DNA from: an uncultured Clostridia bacterium
GTDB taxonomy: Bacteria; Bacillota; Clostridia; Christensenellales; Borkfalkiaceae
Length of the DNA: 64,000 nt
NCBI GenBank assembly: GCA_944336975.1
Contig: CALVLH010000006.1
Span: 6,634 to 70,633, forward strand
Direction: 5' to 3'
Shown here: in pieces, positions 18,122 through 26,200 of the stretch
How the letters are laid out: each line of letters opens with the position of its first letter
Position numbering within the stretch: position 1 is the stretch's first letter
Program-made: the position numbers and the translations under genes
Notes under the pieces: generated by a model
Told to the model about the DNA's origin: nothing
The model's database searches: none
Seen by the model: the letters and a program-made list of their open reading frames with translations, nothing else

Positions 18122-19280
18122 AACTGATCTCCCTTCCTTCCAGGTAATATCTCTTTTCTGTGGCTTCGCCGATGGAAAACGTCTTCTTCGGGAAATTTCT
18201 GCCGCCTTTGAGCTGTGCAAAGAACTTTTCTTTTTCGAGCGCTTTCAGCAGCACCCCCGCGCAGTCCTCCTGCGCGGCGAGGCGATACAGTTCTTCGTGT
18301 CCGTGGATGTAATCGATCTTACCGCCGTTCGCGCGGACATAGCGCTCGACGATCTCGTCCGTCGCCGTCACGCCCTCAACGCCTGCGGGCAGGTCGGGGA
18401 TGAGCACATGCCCTTCCCTTCTGCAACGCACCTGCGAGGAAAAAAAGGAACAGAACGCTTCCGCGTCCGTTTCCTTGACGAGGCGATGGATGGGATGAAA
18501 GACGACGGCGGGATCGTAGAGATTGACCGCCTCGATGAGCGCGAACCGCGCGGGATGAAGCCTGCGCTCGCGTTCGGTGAGTTCCTGCTTCTTTTCTTCC
18601 CAAAACGCCTTTGCCGCCGCGATCGAATGGTTGCCGTCGGCGATCGCAAAACAGGGATCGCCGCGCGAATACAGATCCTGAACGATGTCCGCCGCGATAA
18701 ATTCGGGCACGAAGTACCCTTTCAGGTTTCCGCCGCCCAACATGAGATCGAAATCGTACAGCTTTTCCAGATCTTCTCTGAGCAGATCTCTCATCACGCG
18801 GTCCTTTTTGTCGCGATAAAACATGATCGCGTGCGGAAATTCGAGCGTCGCTTCCCTGCGCAGGGCGATCCGCACGGGAAGGCGGTCGGGCACGACTTCT
18901 TCCGAGGAACGGATGGGCGTCACTTCGCCGGGACGGCAGGAATACGCTTCGAGGTCGATCGCGACGACGAGCCCGCGGCGGATCCCGGAGGAAACGGTGC
19001 GCTCGGTGAGGATGAACCCCCTCTCCAGCTTTTCCGTCCACTCCTCCACCAGGGCGGCGCGCATCCACTCCCCCGCCTCTTTGATCCGCGCCTCGTCGTC
19101 CTCGCCGAGATCGATCTCGGGGAGGATGAATTGCAGCGTGGACGGACGGTTGCGCACTTCCTGCGCCACTCTGTCCCAATACGCGCGGTCGGACGTAAAC
19201 TGATCGCACGCGATCACCGCCCAATGGCGGAAATCCTTTCTGGGCAATATGATTCTCGGGATTCGGATGCAGTTTCTCAT
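18114..19280 (-). CDS. DUF1015-like protein (function unknown)
   Basis: 388 aa. Recalled DUF1015 hallmarks are present in divergent form: N-terminal IxPxxxLPR...CDQFTS, central ADGNHS (ADGHHR-like), C-terminal FPKKTFSIGE...YYLEGR. The family assignment is from memory only. Confidence 0.65.
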   Translation of the reverse strand: MRNCIRIPRIILPRKDFRHWAVIACDQFTSDRAYWDRVAQEVRNRPSTLQFILPEIDLGEDDEARIKEAGEWMRAALVEEWTEKLERGFILTERTVSSGIRRGLVVAIDLEAYSCRPGEVTPIRSSEEVVPDRLPVRIALRREATLEFPHAIMFYRDKKDRVMRDLLREDLEKLYDFDLMLGGGNLKGYFVPEFIAADIVQDLYSRGDPCFAIADGNHSIAAAKAFWEEKKQELTERERRLHPARFALIEAVNLYDPAVVFHPIHRLVKETDAEAFCSFFSSQVRCRREGHVLIPDLPAGVEGVTATDEIVERYVRANGGKIDYIHGHEELYRLAAQEDCAGVLLKALEKEKFFAQLKGGRNFPKKTFSIGEATEKRYYLEGREISYD

Positions 19281-19387
19281 AACGCGCTGTTGATGAAGAT
19301 GACGGAAAGGACCGCGAGCACAAGCGCGATGAGTTTCAGCGGGATGTTGCGCGTGAACGCGTTTTTCAGCGCTTTTAAGAACTTCAT
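19277..19387 (-). CDS. 36-aa single-TM peptide, possible remnant or minimal form of CdaR (YbbR)
   Basis: Not in the ORF track (too short). Hand translation: MKFLKALKNAFTRNIPLKLIALVLAVLSVIFINSAL. The ATG overlaps the cdaA stop (ATGA) and its TGA overlaps the DUF1015 ATG (ATGA), so it exactly fills the gap between the two genes. Confidence 0.4.
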   Translation of the reverse strand: MKFLKALKNAFTRNIPLKLIALVLAVLSVIFINSAL

Positions 19388-20202
19388 TTCGCCTTTACCT
19401 CCGCGGAAAATTCTTTCCAGTAATATTCTCTGAGGAATTTACGGAGCAGATCGGAATCGACATAGCGGGTGATGGAACCGCGCTTGACGACGGATACGAT
19501 GCCCGTCTCTTCCGAAACGATGATGGTCATGACGTCCGCGACCTCGGTCACGCCGATGCCCGCGCGGTGACGGGTGCCGTAGTCCTTGGGATAGTCCTTC
19601 TGCGTGAGAGGCAGGAAACATCCCGCCGCCTGGATCTTATCCCCGTAAATGATCATCGCGCCGTCGTGGAGGGGCGCCTTCGGGAAGAAGATGCCCTCGA
19701 CGAGCTGCGAGGAAATGGTCGCGTTCAAAGAGACGCCGCTCTCGAGGATCTCCTTGGGCAGGTTGCCGTTGGAGAGCACGATGAGCGCGCCGATATTGTT
19801 CTTGGACATGTTCTGCACCGCTTTGACGATGCCGGAAACGCACTCTTCCGCACGGACGCGCGCCTTCGGCTCGCTCGTTGCGGGCGCACGCGAGATCTTT
19901 TTCACGTTCCAGATGCTCCGCTTGATCTCCACGCTGAACAAAAGGAGGAAAAATTCGGAAACGAGCATGACGAACACGCAGAAGAAAGCAGCGTTGAGCC
20001 CGTCGGAGAACAGCGTGATCACGCCCATGCACAATACGAGCAGGACGTAAATGGAGATGAGTTTTTTCGCGTTGTTGTCGGAGAGGATCTTGACGACGTA
20101 GTACACGAGCAAGTAGATGACCAACCCTTCGAGGAGGTATATCCACTTGAAATCGGTAACTACGCCCGCGATCGCCTCCCATGCCTGAGCAAAAGTACGC
20201 AT
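19384..20202 (-). CDS. cdaA: diadenylate cyclase (c-di-AMP synthase), membrane-anchored CdaA type
   Basis: 272 aa. Three N-terminal TM helices and a DAC domain with GALIVL, PLHDGAMII, GTRHRAGIG, IIVSEETG. Confidence 0.92.
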   Translation of the reverse strand: MRTFAQAWEAIAGVVTDFKWIYLLEGLVIYLLVYYVVKILSDNNAKKLISIYVLLVLCMGVITLFSDGLNAAFFCVFVMLVSEFFLLLFSVEIKRSIWNVKKISRAPATSEPKARVRAEECVSGIVKAVQNMSKNNIGALIVLSNGNLPKEILESGVSLNATISSQLVEGIFFPKAPLHDGAMIIYGDKIQAAGCFLPLTQKDYPKDYGTRHRAGIGVTEVADVMTIIVSEETGIVSVVKRGSITRYVDSDLLRKFLREYYWKEFSAEVKAK

Positions 20203-20308
20203 GGCAAGCTCCTTTTTGCGCGTCTTCGGTAGTTTTACCCTCTGTCTGTCACTGTTATTATAGCGATTTCGGGGGGAAAAAGAAAGTGTTTTTCCTTCTT
20301 ATTTTGCG

Positions 20309-21289
20309 CTATTCGAAAAATATTTTGGCGACCGCTTCTTTCAGCGCGCTTTCCTTGCTCATCTGCCCGCTCTTGGACGCGCAAGAGAGCTCGTACAGCC
20401 TCAGATAAAACGCCTCCACGCGCTCCTTCCCGAACCGCGCCGCCGTCTCGCGGTTCTTCTGCACCGCATACGGCTTGATCCCCAGCGCTTTGGCGATTTC
20501 CGCGTCCGAACCGCTCATCGCGGATACATCGTACAGGGTGCGGAAATGGGAAGACAACGCGCCCAGCGCCGCCGTCTCGTCGAAGCCCTTTTCGATCAGA
20601 TCGCCGAGAATCTCCGAAAAAGCGGCGAACGACCGCCGCGACGCCGCCTGCGTCATTTCGTAGATCTTGTATTCGGCGCTGCGGTAAACGTTCTCCTCCA
20701 CGATCGCGCGCGTGACGGTGCCTCCCGCGCCGACGAGGAGCATGAGCTTTTCCGTCTCGCGGGAAACGCGCGCCATGTCGCAGGAGCAGAATTGCGCGAG
20801 CGCGAGCGCCGCGTCCCCTTCCGTCTTCACGCCCGCCCGCCGCGTCGTACCCGTGATCCAACGGCAGACGGTATCCTCGTCCGCGCGGGAACAGTCCACA
20901 TAGGTCACGTTCGGCTTTTTTTTCAGATCGGCCGCGCCGCTCTTTTTCTGCGCGTTGACGATGAGGAGAACCGTCGTCGGGCAGGGATCGGCAAAATAGC
21001 GGGCGAGATACGTTTCGTATTCCCGCTCCGTCGGATACAGCCCGTACACCCGCACGAGCCGTTTCTCGCTCAGGAAGGGATAGACATAGAGCGAATCGCG
21101 GAAGGAAGCGAGGGCGTCCCCCTTGAGGGACTCCCCTTCCAGGCGCACGTCGTTGAGCGACGGCTGCTGCACGCAGCGCTCGCGCAACGTCTTTTCCGCG
21201 CTCGCGTGGAAATAAGCCTCTTCCCCTTCGAGAAGATATACGGGAGCGACGCCCCCGTCCAGGCTCTTTTTGAACTCGGTAAATTTCAT
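20309..21289 (-). CDS. holA: DNA polymerase III delta subunit
   Basis: 326 aa. N-terminus APVYLLEGEEAYF and overall delta-subunit layout. Classic position directly after comEC. Confidence 0.85.
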   Translation of the reverse strand: MKFTEFKKSLDGGVAPVYLLEGEEAYFHASAEKTLRERCVQQPSLNDVRLEGESLKGDALASFRDSLYVYPFLSEKRLVRVYGLYPTEREYETYLARYFADPCPTTVLLIVNAQKKSGAADLKKKPNVTYVDCSRADEDTVCRWITGTTRRAGVKTEGDAALALAQFCSCDMARVSRETEKLMLLVGAGGTVTRAIVEENVYRSAEYKIYEMTQAASRRSFAAFSEILGDLIEKGFDETAALGALSSHFRTLYDVSAMSGSDAEIAKALGIKPYAVQKNRETAARFGKERVEAFYLRLYELSCASKSGQMSKESALKEAVAKIFFE

Positions 21290-23248
21290 CTATCTGATTA
21301 TACCATCTTTCAGCCGTAAAATCAAGCCGCCGCAGCTTTCATCGACAAAGAAATCGGCGCCCATCGCCGGCAATCCCTCAAAATCCACTTCCACCGCAGA
21401 GCCTTCCGCGACGATCATGAGCTTTTCCGCGCTTTCGTAGCGATACGTCACGCCGTCGACGGTAAACGTGCAGGCGATCGTGAGTTCCGTCTCCCGCAAG
21501 CCCGTTTCCGCGTATTCGCAAAGATAGATGCGCTCCGCGCGGAGAAACGCCGCCGTATTGACCGCGTCGACGATGTCCTCGTCCAGCACGATCACGGCAG
21601 ACAGCGTGCCGCACGCGTTGCGGCGGAAAAGGTCCTCGCATTCCCGCACGGTGACGTCGCCGTCGATGACGAGCGTCGAGCCGGACGGCGATCGGATGAG
21701 CACCGCCGAAGACTCGCCTTCGGAATATACGGAGATCTTGCACCCCGCGAACACGGCGTTTTCGAACACCATGCACATCGCGAACAGAGCGCAGAACACG
21801 CACGCCGTCGCCGCCCTGCCGCGCGGCGTCATGCGGAAGCGTTCGGAAAGCGCGACGCAGGCGATCAGCCAGACCGTTCCGCCCGCGCCCAGCGAAAACC
21901 CCGCGATCACATAAGTCAGATCGACGGAAGAAAACATCCACACGAGCAACGCCAGCACGCTTTCGGGACACAGCATGAGCACGGACGCCGCCGCGGGAAA
22001 AATAAGCGACAGCGCGGCGCACGCCAGGATCGCGGGGAAGACGACGCCGAGCGCAGGGATGACGAAGAAGTTCAGCGCCATTCCCCAGACGGAATAATAG
22101 CCGAACGACTGTATGAGGATGGGAAACGTGAAGATCTGCACGGCGAGCGATACGGAGAGATAGGAACGCAGGAAGGCGGGCAGACGGCGCAGGGCGCGCG
22201 AGAACTGTCCGGAAAAGAGCGCCATGCCGAGACACGCCCCGAATGAAAGGCGGAACCCGACGGCGAAAAACTGTGCGGGGCGCACGATGAGCAGACAGAC
22301 CGCCGCAAAGGAAATGCTCTCCAAAAAGTCATACTTCTTCCCGAACGTGCGAAAGAGCGCCGCCGAAGCGCACATCACCAAAGCGCGGACGGACGATACG
22401 GTGAACGCGCAAAGCCCGCAATAAAACCACGAGACCGCCAGCGCGGGCAGGACGCGCCACCGCCCGAGCGGTCTGCCCGCGAGGTATACCGCCGAAAACA
22501 GGATGCCGATGTGCAGTCCCGACACGGCGAAGATATGCGCGATGCCGCCCTCGCGCACCGCCTGCAACAGCCCGTCGTCCACGCTCTGCGAATTGCCCGT
22601 TAAAAGCGCGAGCGCCAGCCCGTATTCCTCCCCCGTCATCGTCCTTCCGAGCAGATCCCGCACCGCCGCGTTGAGCCTCAGGAAGGGTGAAGCGCTGCTT
22701 CCCGCGATCTCTGCGGAAGAACTCCGCGCCTCATAGCGGATGTCGCCGATCAGTTCGTACCATTCCCCCGCATCCGTCCCGTCGGGCAGGGCAAGTCTGA
22801 CCGCTTCTCCGCGGAAGCGCAGGATGTCGCCCACTTCCGCCGTCGCGCCCGAAAGCGTGAGCCGCAGATTGCCGCCCGAAGAGACGCCGTCGAAGGAGAG
22901 ATCGCAAAGCAGGACGGAGGAATAGCCGTTCCCCTCGGAAACGGACGAGACCGTCCCCGAGATCTCATAGTCGCCCGTCGGCACGCCCGATTGGTAAGAA
23001 GAGAGGTAGCAGGACATACAAAACGAGCCCGTCAGGATGAGGAGGAGAAAGACGGCGGCTCTCCCGACGCTCCGCGCCGCCTCCTTCGGGCGGCGCACGA
23101 AAAACAGACAAAACAGCGCGGGAAAGAGCAGATCGAGCGCGGAAAAACCGCCCAGAGTAATCCTCGCAAACAGGAAAATGCCCGCGGCGATGCCGAACGC
23201 GGCAAAGACCAACGGGCGAAAATTCATCCTTGGCAAAGGCGGCAGCAT
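21290..23248 (-). CDS. comEC: ComEC/Rec2 family DNA internalisation channel protein with degenerate C-terminal metallo-beta-lactamase-like domain
   Basis: 652 aa, polytopic. Competence-domain signature ALLTGNSQSVDDGLLQAVREGGIAHIFAVSGLHIGIL. The C-terminal about 150 aa aligns to the MBL domain start, but the HxHxDH position reads LDEDIVD. The start codon is uncertain (ATG 23248 or 23227). Confidence 0.88.
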   Translation of the reverse strand: MLPPLPRMNFRPLVFAAFGIAAGIFLFARITLGGFSALDLLFPALFCLFFVRRPKEAARSVGRAAVFLLLILTGSFCMSCYLSSYQSGVPTGDYEISGTVSSVSEGNGYSSVLLCDLSFDGVSSGGNLRLTLSGATAEVGDILRFRGEAVRLALPDGTDAGEWYELIGDIRYEARSSSAEIAGSSASPFLRLNAAVRDLLGRTMTGEEYGLALALLTGNSQSVDDGLLQAVREGGIAHIFAVSGLHIGILFSAVYLAGRPLGRWRVLPALAVSWFYCGLCAFTVSSVRALVMCASAALFRTFGKKYDFLESISFAAVCLLIVRPAQFFAVGFRLSFGACLGMALFSGQFSRALRRLPAFLRSYLSVSLAVQIFTFPILIQSFGYYSVWGMALNFFVIPALGVVFPAILACAALSLIFPAAASVLMLCPESVLALLVWMFSSVDLTYVIAGFSLGAGGTVWLIACVALSERFRMTPRGRAATACVFCALFAMCMVFENAVFAGCKISVYSEGESSAVLIRSPSGSTLVIDGDVTVRECEDLFRRNACGTLSAVIVLDEDIVDAVNTAAFLRAERIYLCEYAETGLRETELTIACTFTVDGVTYRYESAEKLMIVAEGSAVEVDFEGLPAMGADFFVDESCGGLILRLKDGIIR

Positions 23249-23257
23249 AAGGCGCCG

Positions 23258-26200
23258 TCAGGCGAGCGAGATGCGGTCGGACACGGAGCGCACGAACAAT
23301 CCCTTGTCCTCGCCGAGCGAAATGCAGTCGCGCACGAAAGAGGTAAACTTCTCCCCCGGGCGGATGACATGGAAAATGTTGCACAAAATGACCATCACCT
23401 CGTCCATGTACAGAGCGACGCGGTCCTCGAGCGCCCCGCGGACGAAGGAGACGATCTCGAAGGGCGTGAAGTCCTCTTCCGTCTTGCGAAGGACGGGCGC
23501 ATTCTCCACGCGGAAGCGGTCAAGGCTGAGCGCGCGGTCGTTTTTATAGAAATAATCGTCGCCGAACACGCGCTCGCGTCGGAAGGCGCAGGCGTCGATG
23601 AGCGAATCCAGGCGGCTTTCCACCTTGGCGCCGCTCTTGGCGATGCCGAACGTCGCGAGACACCGCTTTTTGAGGAACGCGCGGGAGATGGGCTCTTCCG
23701 TCGCGACGATCTCTTTCAGCCGCGCCATGATCGCCGCGTCGTTCTCGCCGCCCGTGACGAATACCGCCGTCTCCGCGCCCGTCTCCTTGACCGCGCGGTA
23801 AGGCCTGCGGTATTTATTCAGCCATGCCCCCGCCTTCTTGTCCGCGCCCGTCAGACGGTCGAGCATCTCCTTGATGCGCTTGATCTCGCGCTTGGGATTG
23901 TTGTAATAGTTGACCGCATACACGCGCATGATGTTCCAGTTGCCGCGCTTGAGCGTCTGCACTTGCAGGACGTTGCGGTCTTTGACGGAAAACTGCGTCG
24001 TCCCGTCGCAGAGCACGGCAAGGATGAAGCGGTGTTTGTTCTTGGGATCGACGACGGCGACGTCGATCTTGAAATCGGACGCGCCCACGTCGCAGCGGCA
24101 GTCGTACCCGCAGCCCGTAAGCTCCGCGGCGATGAACTTGCCGATGCCCGCGCCGCCCTTGACGAAGGCGGAATTGACGGCGAGCGTCGTTCTGCCCTTT
24201 TCCGCAAATTCGAGGAAGGCTTTGAGCCCCGCCACGCCTTTGGACGAAGTCTTGCCGAGATCGATCATCGCGGAGGTCATCGTCGAGAAGATGAGCATCT
24301 CCTCCCTCGCACGGGAAACCGCCACGTTGAGGCGGCGCCAGCCGCCCGTCTGGTTGAGCGGACCGAAGTTCAGAGAGACGCGCCCCGTCTGATCGGGCCC
24401 GTAACACACGGAGAAGAGGATGACGTCGCGCTCGTCGCCCTGTACGTTTTCGAGGTTCTTGACGAAGAGCGGCTCTTCGCGCTCGTACGCCGCGCTCTCG
24501 AGATGCCGTGCGGCAATGGCGCGGGAGAGCAGTTTGTCGATGTCGTCGCGCTGTGCGCTGGAAAACGTGACCACGCCCATGCTCGAACGCGCGAGGGCGG
24601 GATCGGACAGGCGGCGGATAACTTCCGCGACCAGCGCCTCCGCTTCCTTGCGGTTGCGCTTGGTGAAGCCCCTGTCGTAAGTGCCGTCCACCTGAATGAA
24701 TTTCACCTTGCTTTCCAGCGAATCGGGCGAAGGGAAGGTGCACAGCTTGTTGTCGTAATACATGATGTTGGAGAACGCGATCAGGCTCTCGTGCTTGCTG
24801 CGGTAATGCCACAGCAGGTGCCGCTCGGGCATCCCCAGGGCGAGGCAGTCGTCGAGGATGCTCTCCAGATCTTCGTTTTCCAGATTTTCCTCATCCACAT
24901 AAGCGGAATGGAAGAAACTCGTCGGCGGGAGCTGTTTGGGATCGCCCACGACGATCGCCGACTTCGCTCTCGCAATGGAACCGATCGCCTCCGCCGTGGA
25001 CATCTGCGACGCTTCGTCGAAGATGACGAGATCGAACTGATCGGCGACGGGTTGCAGATACTGCGCCACGGTAATCGGGCTCATGAGCATACAGGGCGCG
25101 ACGCGGCGCACAAGCTCGGGGATCTCCTCAAACAGCCCGCGCAGCCCCACGCCGCGCAGATTGCTCTTGGAAAGGCGGGTGAAGGCGGAAACCTCCACGC
25201 TCAGGCTCCCCTCCGCGTCCGCCGCAGGGAGGCGGGAAATGAGGTCGGCGCGGATCTTGTCGCGCGAGAGCCGAGAGAACTCCTCCCACTCCAACCTGAA
25301 TTTTTCGATGGTATCTTCCAGCGTCCCCACCGTCATGCGGGACAGGCAGGGATCGGCGGGGATGTTGATCTCCAAAAAGTTCTTATAGACGTTCTTCTCG
25401 AAGCCGGAAAGGATGTTTTCCCCGCGCAGTCTGCCGCTTTCCAGCGCGTCGGAGATGAATGTGAGCCCCGCCTTGCCGAGCTGTTCCGCCGTCGCGCGGT
25501 ACATGCACCAGTTGGGGAGCATATCAATGTTATCCAACAGCGCGCTCGCCTTGGAAGAATAATAATCGAGCACGTCCTCTTCGCGGATCTGATCGCGGTC
25601 GGCGTTGGTGACGGTGAGAAAATGCCCCTGCGCCGCCGCAAAGCTCGCCGAAGCCTTCCTGTACCCGTCCAGGACGGGCGCGGTATACCCGTTCGCCGCG
25701 CGGATGCACATCCCGTTGAACGCGTCCGGATTATAGTCCATGAACACGCTCGAGCACATCTCGTGCAGGCGGTACAGATCGGCGAGGAATTCGCTCCTGC
25801 GCTTGAAGTTGACGTTCCCCGCGCGGTCGCAGAAATTCGCGGAGAGCGCGGTGTTCTTGCGTACGCGATCGATCGCCTCGTAGATCTCCACGAGCGTCTG
25901 CAAAAACTTGGGGATGTCCTCCTCGTCGGGCTTGTTGATCGCCGCGCGGCTGAGCCGCTTCGCCGCCGAGACCGCGGCTTTGCACAGGCGGTAGTCGCCT
26001 CCCTCTTCGCAGAAGCGTTTGAGTTCGGCAAAATCCTTCCCCGGCTCGACGAGCGTGCGGAAATATTTGAAATAGTAGGCAAGACAATCGTCCAGCCGCT
26101 TATTTGCGTTAAAGAAGAGATAGAACTCGTGCTCGTCCACGCGGGAGAAATATTTCTGATACATCCCCGAAGAGAGATTTTCCGCGATCACCGCGAGCAA

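Noticed and set aside
18122-18220. Lysine riboswitch or T-box upstream of lysC
   Set aside because: lysC overlaps the preceding DUF1015 gene by 8 nt, so there is no leader region.
20203-20308. Promoter for cdaA (TATAAT at 20262-20257 on the minus strand) and a weak AT-rich hairpin after holA
   Set aside because: The -35 position reads TTTCTT, which is a poor match, and the hairpin stem is almost all A-T. The support is too weak to list as features, and cdaA may be read through from holA.
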